DNA of 64,000 nt from Marsupella aquatica (Eukaryota > Plantae > Marchantiophyta), in contig OZ316893.1 in assembly GCA_973895155.1 (NCBI GenBank), forward strand, positions 10,669,660 through 10,733,659, read 5' to 3'. Made by a program: the position numbers and the translations under genes. Below the pieces are notes generated by a model, which was not told the DNA's origin, did no database searches, and worked only from the letters and a program-made list of their open reading frames with translations. Below, piece after piece: positions 38,686 to 50,491 of the stretch; within the stretch, counting starts at the first letter, position 1; each line of letters starts with the position of its first letter.

Positions 38686-41376
38686 CAGGAGCTTCAAACT
38701 CTATTGTGTGGACAGAAGCTCAGAGTCTGAGTTTGTCGTTGACGATTTGCGGTAGATCGAATCGATTGGAGCTGTTGTTGTGATCTGTGGTACCTCGGAT
38801 TGTGGAGTTGATCGCCGGTATTTCGATTTGCTATAATCGGTGTTGAGAAGTTTGTATCTGATCTGTGCTGCCGTCTGATCGAATCATCAGAGGACAGATC
38901 GGGAGTTCTGCGAGCCACAGTTGAGAAGAAACTGTTAGCTTGGTGACTGTTTGCTCTCGCCATACGCTCTGCAACCTATAATGTGTTGATCAACTATTTT
39001 CTGAAGGAACTTGACTCTCAAAGTTGCGAGATTGCATAGGGGTTGTTTGTTGCAAGCGCTTGCACACGCGCTCTATTATGTGAACGAAGAGACCCCGAAT
39101 GTTGTGTTTTTGACATCCAATGTGTGTGGTGTGAAACCCGCGTTTCTGTGAAGGAAGTAGCACCAAAAGTTGTTGCTTTTCCGACCTCTGATCCGTAAGC
39201 AGCCGTCGGCTTTGAGGCAACTCGTGGTTACTCGGGACGAGGGGCGTGAGGGCGGAGCAGGAGCGGGCGGGCCAGCAAGCCCAACTTGCTGGTACGTGAG
39301 GAGTAGTTGCAAGCTGCTGATTTTGGAGCGGCCAATTTGGTGCATAACTACAAGTGAGAGGTCACCCATCCCAAAGCTATTCCTTCCCCAAGCGCTTAAC
39401 TATGTGGTTCTTAAACCGCCACTGTCCATCAAAGAAACCTAGATCCACCAGGTTTCTTAATTTAGGGCATGTCCAGCTCCGGGCATCCCCCGACAGTTTT
39501 TGGCCCGTCAGTGTGGCCGATACTTTTTGGACGGGTCAGGTGTGCAAATGTCGCTCGGTGTCCCTACTAGATTTGCGGAGGGCGTGAGAGTTCTTGGAAG
39601 TCCTGGTCCAGCTTCACTCCGCCCATGCTGCGCGAGTGTCAATAGCAGACTCGAGTAATTCTTACTCTCCGGTGCTCAGCAAGTGTTCAGAAAGTGTTCA
39701 ACCACATGAGTCAACCATTTCTCCTGAACCCATGCTGCTGAATAGCATGGAACGTGATTGCTTGAATATGTGAAGTGTCCTGCACCTCTCCTTTGCCCAT
39801 GCTGTGCAAGTGGAGAATGGATCGTGAACTCCTTATGAACCAATATTACTGCACATAACTATTCAGCAGCCGAGTCGTGCAATTATCATACCCCATTCTA
39901 CTACGCAGCAAATTCTACTTTTCATGAGCAGAGCGTTCATCCACAGATCGAGATTTCACATGCCAAGCTTCAGTTGTCGGTAGCAGCGAAGTAGGAGTTA
40001 CCTTCACATTTACATTTCGACGATTTCGGCTGGCAAGGTGGACATCGTACTGAATGAGCTCGGCCTTCAGGCCCGTCTTGCACTTGTGAGAGAGTTTTAG
40101 AATTGGAGTATGTCACACTATCAATTTGCCGTTCACAAGATCTTGTCCCAGACGTCGGGAATAAGTCCACCCAACTGCGCTAATTTATTTTCTCTGTAGT
40201 GGTCCCCGGGGTGGTGCCACTACTGATTGGGTTTCACCATTCATTGAGCCTCGGCCGTTCATTAATTGCTAGTAGGTGGAAAGTCAATTCGGATAGAAAC
40301 GATTAGTGCAACTTTGATAATTGCTGTAATTGAAAGGTCAGCCTGAACAAGACAGTGCTCATGGAACAAGATTTACACTTCACATCATTTCCGTCTCTAT
40401 TGCATCACGGCCTCCCCATTCTGCTGCGCTCATCTTTGCAACTTCATCCATCTCTTGTTCTTCCTTTCCCTTGCCTTGGTCCCGATCGAACAAGTCTTGC
40501 ACTTTCCCAGAAGTCTCTGTCTTCAAAATTCACTGTCAAAGATCTCGATTTTGCAGCTCCAAAACAAGAAGCCTCTGAACCCGAGAAACGCCTGCAATCT
40601 CGTTTGAGACTCACCCATCAACAATAGCACACTAGATTGCAAGTAGACGACAAAAAGGGCTTGACTTGAACATTATGTTGTACTGGTTAATTAGCTGGCC
40701 ACACGAACTCTAACAGTGCTCCCGATCACCCTCTCAGAAATCCTGCGAATCTCCCTGGCTTCTCTACTGTCTACAAACTAGACAAGATTTCTTGTCAGAT
40801 CCTGGTTCTTCCTCTCCATATTCCCTTGCCGACATGGTCTGTTGTCTGGATCCAAACCAAAGAATATAGTCATTCATTCTCATCCTCATTTGGTTGCCTT
40901 GAATTCACTCTTTCTATTTAGGAGGTTTTTTTTTAAAAAGGGCATGCTCAAGTCACTTTTGCAACCCACTATGTTATTCATTTCGTCCTTATGTTGTGCA
41001 GTTGTATTGTCATTGTTCATCGACCTTCCGGTCACTCAGCATGAATAATCTTAGGTAAACTCTATCTTGCAAAAGAAATTGAAGAAATTGCTTCAAATTA
41101 TTTTGGCTCATGTCTACTTTGCTTGTGGCCTGTTTTTATGCATAGAAGTTGCCCCTCTTTTTTCTCATGTATTTGGGTCTTACATGCACAAATTTAATGA
41201 GTTTGTGTACAATTTACTTTCCATCATGCACTGTCTTGCATAATAGTTGCTTGGTCTTGTTTAATTATCTCATTTAAGATATAACATGTATTCATTGAAC
41301 AACAACTAGTATCCTGCCCAACTTTTCTAGGTTTATAGTTGCATGAACATTGAATTTAAATTGGCCATGTTGTAGG

Positions 41377-41778
41377 AGTGTCGAGCATGAAAACAGACCG
41401 GCATAATTGATATCCTATGGAGATGGCATATACCGCTTGTCATGGCCAGTTCCTCCACCAGGACGTCAGAAATTCCGACTTCTGAGACATGTAGACATTG
41501 TTGCTAGGTTCCCAAATTTTTGCACAGCAATCGACGAAAACCTTGCTGACCTCAACTCTGCCCAGGCTCTTTCTCCCGCAACAGCTCAGGCTTTTCATAT
41601 GTGTGCTGCATGGGCATACACTGAAACTGTTCCCCGCAGACAGAGGTACATTGTCTACCGCAAACTAGCACATGTTGCTAGTTTTGCAGATAGAACACCC
41701 TTCCCGGCAGCAGTTACAAGTGCAGTGCAGTCCACTTGGGAGCTACCTGGTGAACAACATGTGGATTTCCGGTTTTAG
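41377..41778 (+). pseudogene. KolX-like / P2X7 C-terminal 'ballast'-like accessory ORF (last exon; in-frame stop just before 41407)
   Basis: C-terminal RRQRYIVYRKL...RTPFPAAVTSAVQSTWELPGEQHVDF fits the pattern R..AYR....R.P.PSCV..IR..FP...Y.GF; convergent with the transposase. Confidence 0.65.
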
Positions 41779-42686
41779 GTTTGGAGGTTGTTTTTACTTT
41801 TTTCTTTTCATCATTGTTCTTATCACTTGAGTTATTTTCCATGTCTGGGTTATTTGTTCTACTAGTTTTTGGGTCTTTGTATTGTAAGTGCCACCCTTTC
41901 TTTCCCAACTACAAGTGCAGGCCACCTAGTAGTTCCTAAGCAAACACCATGTTGGTGTATGCCTTTAGTTTTCTAAGGTTGTGTGGTTATCTTTTCATCA
42001 ATATGAATTTGCTTATTGTTCCATGCTTTCTTTGTTTTATCATACTATTTTATTATTTTTGTTTGGCATGTGCCTCCTTCTTCTCTCAAGTGCATTAAGA
42101 ACCCTAACTTGGGAGATGCAAGGCAAAAACCATCCCTCTTTCTGCATTTACTTGTTGAGGTTCACTTGTGTTTGTTTAAGTTTATTTATTTGTTTATTTC
42201 TAGTACTGTCATTGTATGGGTTCTTTGTGCTACTCTTTACATGTGTTTCTTTGGCTTGTGCCTCCTTCCCCCTTCTCTGGGTTGGAACTCCTACTGGATG
42301 GCAGCATGAGGGGTTCAATTCCCCTTTGGATTATTGTCAAATTTTGGAAAATTGTTTCAATTTTTATATCTACTAGGTTCTTCCGTAATGCCATGCCATG
42401 CATGCTACTCTTCATAGGCAGGGCAAATGAGGGATACTTGGGCCATGGCCATTTGCCAAAAGTGTGACAAATCTCAACATAACTCACAACTTTCATTCAT
42501 GGTACTAAACCCTAACTTTCACATCCTACTAATACACTAATACAAAAAAGAATAGATGGCAAGGTGATATATTGGACTAGAAAAATGACAAATGAATATA
42601 GTAAAATCCACAACTTATATATCTCCTACATGTCAAATAAACAACACGTGTGGATTTTTCCAAGCGAAAATAAATTTATCAAGTGC

Positions 42687-45600
42687 TCATGAATCATAAT
42701 CTACACCTCTTTCGAATATGATACGGGCCACGTCTTTCTTCCATCTGATGCTTCTAGGGACAAGGTCACGGACCCTAGATGGATGTTGACGAGTGCAAGT
42801 ATTACTAGGCTGTCGTGTTCTAACTCGTACCACCTCCCGACCGATGTTCTCATTCCAGCACATTGCAGCACAAGCCATGCGGGCTTCGTGGGTCATGGAA
42901 AAATGAATCCTCTTCATAGCATATTTGTTGACATTTCCATGAAATGTTTCACTAAGAAAGTTTGCCCGGGCTCTAGTGTACAAGCGAACATTGACTGCAG
43001 TGACATTCTTGTGCAATCATTGCTTTAGAGCTCTATGTGTAGTGCCCCCTGTAAAATCCACAAGTATCCACATTAATTTATTTTTTTGGAAATATTAAAA
43101 TATTACATAACAACCCAAGCACATTATTCATGTCATATGCAACTTACAACCAGGGAGAATTGCTAGTAGATTTTCACTTACCCGCGATATAATATGGACT
43201 ATAAATTGCACCTTCCTCACAACACTTGCGAGGAAGGAAACTTTTACAAGGTTCATGGTTACCAGCCCAGTGATCAGCTGCAGTGATGATCTCCCTAGCC
43301 AACATGGTAGCATCATCATTTCCCCTGCAAGTAGTCATTAAGATTCAACTCAAGAATTAGGTCAGTTAAGTTCAATCCAAAAGTAACATTGACTGAAGTC
43401 ATGTAAATGGAAATAAATACCATAGTTATCATCCTACCTTTCTTTTGCATTGCAACAACAATAGTAAAACCAACTCTTCAACTTATCACCAAGTTGCTTC
43501 TCTATCAATTTTGGATACTTCAACTGCCTCCTGGTACGCAATGTGATGTCCTCCTCTGGAAATCCTCTATGTCTTCCAATGCGATACACCAACTCTGTCT
43601 TATTACCTGTGTGTCTCAAATTTTGATTCTTACACCAATCTGACAACACCCGAACTATGAATCTGCCCAATTTCTCCAAGGATGTTGCACCATCAATCCC
43701 ATAAGCAGGTGCTATTTCTTTCACATTTGCCAACTCTTTGTTAAACTACTTCAATAGATTTTTACATTTGTGCCACAAATCCTTCTGGTTATCAATATTG
43801 AATTCATAAATTATATTATCAATAGTGTTGTTATCATCGTGAACAACCTCATTGATTGTAATCCCAACATTCTGAAGATGTTCCAAGGCACGACGAACAC
43901 CAAGTGCCTCAATAGCGCCTGAATTCCCTGCCTCAACCCGGTCAATTGTTACAAGCTCTACTATCTTACCAGTAGCCACGTCTATCACGGGAACAGTGCC
44001 ATGGTATCCAGATCGTGATGAGTCCCAACGACAATCCACATATAGAATTAATGGAGTGGAACCTACAATTATCATAAACCACAAAATAATGTTATGAAAT
44101 CACCATTTACATGCATGCTCTAACAACATGGTACCTAGTAAAATGATAAATTCATTACTCAATGTAATTAACTAACACATGCTTGTGCACTAAAAGGAAG
44201 ACTCATATACCGTCTCTTTCTGCTAGGCCTTGTTGCAACCTTTGTTTCTTATTATCCCAAACTTGCAATACTGCTCCAATCCATCCAATGTCTCTTTGGG
44301 CTTCATTTTGAAATCAAAACCAATGTGTATTTCTTGGAACATGGATTTGAATGTGAGAGAATAGTTCACTTATCATGTTGTGTGTTAGACCAGCAGAGAG
44401 AGCAGAGTGGTAAATTAATCCAGTGATTGCAGGAACACCTGTATTCATAAACTAAACAAGATTAGGTACACAATATTAAGCCATTTAGGTACAAAAAGAC
44501 AGAACTATAAAATTAATTTGAGTAGATTGCATACCTCTATAAAGTTCATTTTCTCTGGTCATGAAAGATTGTGCATGCCCTGTTGGGCACTTTAGCTTCA
44601 ATATCCACAACTGATGGTGTGTGACAATGTCCTCAACCGAGTACTTACCGTCACAATCTTCAATACGACAATTCACACAAAACTCCTGGAAAAATTTGTG
44701 GACCTTACTCTTTTGCCAAAAAGCATACTCCACCAAACTCTCAGGGTCTGACTCAGTTTCTTGAGAAGATGGCTCATACTCATAATCCAAACGGCAGTCA
44801 ACTTCTATTTGCTCAGAAGAAGTAGATGCCTAAAAAAACACACAATAATTAGTAAGTTAACTAAAAATGCAGTAATTGCAAGGAGGAATTATAACAGACT
44901 ATGAATTGATACAAATGACAAGTACAAGAATGTGCAAAAATGTAATACCTGAGTTGGAGCCTCTTCAAATCCAGAATCCATGAAAACCATATCATCTAAT
45001 CCAAATGTTGTTGGATCAGCCACATCCAGCAAACAAATGGGTCCATCCTCATTTGACATCTGTTTAGGGTTTAGGGTACAATATTTGTTTATTAGTTGAA
45101 GCTAAGCTTTACATTAAATTAATGTACACCTATGAAAAACTAGAGGTCCTCATTTGCATGACTTATCAATGTATGGAACAAAGGTAGCACAAAGCAAATT
45201 AATTGAAAAAGCTAAACTTCACAGTTACCTGGGAATCGGACATCATAGAACAATCTTCCAATTCTATGTTGGAGTCCGGAATGTGCTCTGCATCCTCCCT
45301 CCCAGACTGAATGCGGTCAAATACACAAGTGTTGGAGTATGAATGAACTTGCTCATCATGTGAAGGTGATGCCACAACAAAATTGGAATCGTCATCATTT
45401 GGAACGGAGGATGGTGCACCACAAAATGGCTGCAATAAATAAATACAAACATAGGTTAACAATACTAAAACACGATGTATCGGCAAAGATAAAACCTCTG
45501 AATTTTGGATAACCCAATTTTTTTAACACATACAAAAGGAGAGATGGTGAAAGAGTTATACTCCAATTAAATTAAAATCTGGAAAGAAAGGGATTAGGGA

Positions 45601-45967
45601 AGGCAAACAAGTTGAAAGTAGAATGAAAAATGTTATTAAAAGTACCTGAGCAATCAACCCAAAGGTTCCCAAGTCCTCTTCATCAGCAAGGTGTTCATTA
45701 TTTATCCATCCAAAGTCATCTGGACCCTCAAATGCCATTACATCCCCTTCTTCATCCTGTCCGTGATGAGCACTAATAATAGCCGATATTTGCTCGGACA
45801 TACCATCCATGAGCCAAGCCATAATCTTTCCATGAGACATGTTGAGGGCCCTTGTAAGGCATGGTATCTACGTATATGACTTCCAGGAAGCCTACATCGA
45901 AGACTGCCTCCAACTTGGTGATAATCAATCGCAGGCGGTGGACGGTCCATTTGTCCGTCTCTAGCAA
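42687..45967 (-). pseudogene. Intron-containing Kolobok-type DDE transposase (in-frame stop at 43746-43748)
   Basis: YVDCRWDSSRSGYHGT, S..IEALGVRRALEHL, VVHDD, KDLWHKCK, ETFHGNVNKYAMKRIHF..HEARM..A..WNEN; AT-rich introns between exons; 5' end uncertain. Confidence 0.8.
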
Positions 45968-47149
45968 CCTAACAATACAACAAACAAGAATTTGTAAATT
46001 ATATGTCCTTGTATTTGTCTAGTACCTCAAAGGTCATGTTTGCAAGAATGCACTTATGAATGAAGATGTAGAAGTTCACACCAGGTCCATGATTACAATG
46101 AAGAAAAATGTACTGCAGAAAAATACATTGAGAATAATAATTGCAGCAAGTAAGAGAAAAAGAGCCCCACGCCATTCCCAATTATGCTCTAAGTGGATGG
46201 TTTGGTTCATACCTTCCCTTAGAGCGAATCCAGATTTATGGTAGTTGACCGAAGTCAGTACCCTACTACTGTAGATGGCAAGTTATGCAAAACTTGGTCG
46301 TTTCCCTCGGCAAGCTGCATTTGACCCACGTGAGTCCCAGATGTTTTGCAGGTTGTGTCAGCTCCTAGGATGAGACGAGGCTGCCTAGTTCACTTTCAAC
46401 TCCCGTCATTTTGAAGTCGATCGGATTTGTTTGTAACCTCCATGAACCTGCATACTTTCCTAGCCTCAATGTGGGAAGACTCAGTATAATGTCTTTCACT
46501 CCTAGAGTAACCAAAACAATCTAATAAGATAAGCTACTCTTTTGGATCTGCATCACACAAAACCGGACATACTACAGTCCGACCTCAGTTGGATGTTGTG
46601 CATTTTGCATAATTTCCAGTCCGTCATCATTGAGAAGCTACATAAAAAAATTTCATAGACTACATGTGTTTGAATTGACATACTTGGAGCCTCTTCGTTC
46701 AGCCCATAATTTTGAATAACGTTCATCATCTCCCCTCGCGTTTCCCCAAGTTATAGACAACAAATTTGCCGACATGCATTGGGAGTTGCTGGACCTTGGG
46801 CTGACGTTGATGGTTACCCTATTGTTGTAGTGTGCAAGTGACTGAAGGCTGCTAGAGACGGGGTACGTCCATTGTTGCAAAAAATGCTTGTCTACATAAT
46901 TATCTTGCCAAAATTGCGTACCTTCTGCGTAGACGAACAATTGCCCCTCAATCACCCTCGACCTTCAGTGAACTCTTCTTTATCATCGATAATCTGTGAG
47001 GCACCAGCGGTCAAGCTATCTTCCGACCAGCCAATCACTCCTCATTTTTTATGAAAAGCTTTTCACATTGTTCTTATCAAATGGCGAACAACTGAGATTT
47101 GCTAGTTCCAAAAATTCAAACTCAGTGTCACTACTGATGCGACCGTCAT

Positions 47150-47400
47150 GTGATGAGAGCACCTTTGCGGTTTTCAGAGCTTCACTGACTGCCGCCCTTA
47201 CATGGGCCATTCGATCGTGTTTGCAGTCATCCAAGGCTTCAACACTATGTTCCAATTCAACTCTGAAGCAAGAGATGCTTTATCCACAATGGGTAGCACA
47301 GCCTGCAAAAGGCGTGCAACACAAGCTTTTTGCTGCCAAGTACCAGAAGCCGATGTTTGACGAAGAACCTCGGATTGTTGAAGTGGCCAAAGGAAGGAGA
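47150..47400 (-). pseudogene. Captured host gene fragment: ARM/HEAT repeat of TORTIFOLIA1/SINE1-2 type
   Basis: TWQQKACVARLLQAVLPIVDKASLASEL [frameshift] EHSVEALDDCKHDRMAHVRAAVSEALKTAK. Confidence 0.55.
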
Positions 47401-47525
47401 AGCGTTGCCAAACTTTTCCTTCTTCAAAGAGATTGTGCTTCATTGCGGGGATAGACACAGAAGGTTCGCAAAGTTTTGTTACCCTGTTTTCTTGATGGCT
47501 TGTGTCCACTATGGCAGAGGGTTCT

Positions 47526-47700
47526 GTGTCTGGTATCAATGAAAGATTGAATTATGATCTTGCCTTATTGTGATATCTTATGTTCAACAATCGTAAAGCA
47601 CTCATTGGTGCATGTCTGGTATCAATGAAAGATTGAATTATGATCTTGCCTTATTGTGATATCTTCTGTTCAACAAACGTAAAGCACTCATTGGTGCATG
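47526..47700. repeat. ~87-bp direct duplication
   Basis: tgtctggtatcaatgaaag...cattggtgcatg occurs twice. Confidence 0.9.
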
Positions 47701-50491
47701 CAAATGGGCAGACATGGAAATCAAGCACGATCTTGCCCGTAATGACTTGAGAGTGACAGCTCGGTTGTGCTGGTGCACCTTATAATAGAACAATCAATAA
47801 AATCTCTCGCTGATAGCAGGAGTAGTTACACTTTGCTTGTCGCGATTTGCCTGATTTGTCTCGAAAGGATACAGACGCGGCAGTGACAAGATGCACAAAA
47901 TTTATGAGTACATTTGATCTTTGGTGCACTTTTGTTACTATCAAGTGTGTTTGAACAACGTCACTAATTACTTGCGACTACTACAACTTGGATCGATGGA
48001 GGAGGAGATGTACTCCTTGTGGCCATCTTCGATAATGCAAATCCATGACCTAGGTTGTACATCAAGCGGATGTACTCCAAAGAAATTATAAAGGGATATC
48101 TTTAGGGCAGACATGTTTAGCAATGCAACAGCCTTGTGTATGTCAGTGAGAAGATTGTTGCGTCTTGGATCCAGAACTTAGTAGCAGTCATTGTGAATTA
48201 TTGAAGTTTCAAGGGGAAGATTTTGCACGCAAGGACTTGTTCATTTTTGGGAGTGTTGGTCGAATGCTTCATTTCCCACCAACCTTGCTGCGCATGCTTC
48301 TACAAAAACAGAGCACATATCCAATTTGGTCTCTCCCCTTTGAAACCTACTCCACTTCGTAAGACGAAGCATCCCACGGTGAGCGATTATGCACATTGGT
48401 TGTATAGTCAATAAAATCTTGGAAGATCACGTCAGTCTTGCACTTCGCAAATGCCTCCTTGTGAATGGAGTATTTCTCTAACTCTATCATACACAAGTCA
48501 CAGAAACATGACTATCTTGAAGACAAAATAGGAAAAATGGATTCGCACAAGTGACTTTTCTAGATACTGCATAGGTTCGCAACATGCTGTACTTTCCGGC
48601 CATTGTAGACCACCTCTTTCCGTGGGTAGAGGCACCTCACAGAACCCATGTGTATGTCATCGCAGCTAACAAATTTTGGAATCAATAGGGGGACCAGCGT
48701 GGGGCCTGCAAGATCACATTGTGAGATACTCCGTTGCTCGGAAACGTGAAGGTCAGTTAAGTTTGACGGCAATTTTCAAACTCTATCTGAACACACCAAG
48801 ACCATGTGCACTTTCAAGATTTCATTGATTAGTCAGGAACGCGATTGAGACGCAAATAAAATTGATATGCTTTTTCTCAATTTTTGGAATATGAATACAT
48901 TGCATGAGGTTCAATGGGGAAACACGGCTCCAGATGACTTGAGCAGTGACCTTCATCCTTAGCCCAATCCGTCGCATGCCTCTACCAAATTTCCCCAAGA
49001 GGATCTCCGGTATTGGGGTAATGGCTCTGGGTAATGGTCAACATTCGGGGCCATTGGACATGTCCATGATAGTGGGGCTATGAGGATGCTGCGATGTGAT
49101 GCAGTGAACCATACTTGCAAATCTGAGTTGCGATTACTATTGGTGTGATGTTGTGCAATTTGAAGAGATGTTTGTGACTTTCCGCCCCCACATTGAATGG
49201 ATTGGCAGCGGGATTCGGCAAGTCAAGAAGGATGCAGTTTTGTTAGTGATAAGCATTAGTGTCGCGAGCATGCTTGAAGTCCTGGAATGTTTTTAGCTTG
49301 GATGCTTTTCCAGCCCAGCAGAGCACGTCTGTGACGAACATCCATAGCTTTAGCAGCAGATTTTCCAGCCCAGCCTACTGATGAACCCCGATGGCTATGG
49401 CAGCACCTTCTCACGATGACCTTCTCGGGGCAATGCACGCCATTGATGAATGGTGCTGCTCCCAATCCAATCTTGAACCACGCCCGCCCCTGGCCGTAGA
49501 GCAAAGCTGGCCTTAGCAGACCGACACGAGAGCCGTAGGCTTTCAGTAGTTTACTCCCACTTTCCTTTGCCACGACGAAAACAACAAATTCTCGTCCTTT
49601 CTTCGTTCGGTGGGGGTCCCCCTTGTCGATGGCTATGGCAGCACCTTCTCACAGTGACCACCCCACTCACAAACCCACTCAGGATTGCACAGGCCCGTTT
49701 CACAGCACTGCCACATACTAACTACGGGTGCAGTGTTTTGCGGAGCCTTTGACTGGGGCTAGCCGGCTCTGGCTGAGAATCGGAAGCCTGGCCTTTGTTG
49801 GGCACCTCTGGAGAGAATGAGCTGACCGGAACTTGTCCCCTTCTGATATTTATATGGACAGTGGCGGTTTAAGTGCTCTTGTGTACACACACTCCTTTCC
49901 ACTTTGATGTTAATGGAATGAGCACTTAGGCATTTTATACACATACTAGTTTGTTTAGATTGCCATTTTGGAGCAAATCATAAGCTCCCTTAAGGTTTTT
50001 GATGCTTCTGAATCCATCTAGATGCATGGATTGAACCAATTGTGCATGGATCTTTAGCTTCGACATTGAACATTGAGAGACCTATTATGAAGGCCCCACA
50101 TTGAACATTATGAACATTGTTTGATTGATGTATGATCACTATTGATGTGGAGAGTTATTGTGGATCTCTTCTTGTTGATTGGATCCTCTCCACATATGCT
50201 TCCTGTTTATGCGCCATGTCAGTTTGGCGTGGGCGCTTGATTCTATAAGAGTGATCCGGGTTTGCAACCAGACATTCTAGTTGTGCTACGTATTTCTCTC
50301 CTGGTGATGTTGGAGTGATGCCCAACACACCATGGTGAGTGCTTGTGTTGCTGACAGGGACAGATTGCCCTTAGGGTTAGCATATAGATTAGGTTAGGTT
50401 GGTCATCACGAATTCTTCTGGTGCTGCTGGGTTACCCGATGGATGACGGACCGGTTTCACTCGGAGTGGGGCGTAGTTTTGGCCAGCGACA

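Larger units (their letters stand above)
39415..49868 (-). mobile_element. Kolobok-like DNA transposon (10.45 kb) inserted in the gypsy 5' leader
   Basis: Perfect 15-bp TIRs accgccactgtccat (39415-39429 and 49854-49868); TTAA on both sides (39411-39414, 49869-49872); DDE transposase plus convergent KolX-like ORF. Confidence 0.85.

Noticed and set aside
39411-49872. piggyBac (TTAA TSD) or Mutator assignment
   Set aside because: Termini are not CC..GG, the TIRs are short with a 4-bp TSD, and the motifs plus convergent accessory ORF fit Kolobok better.
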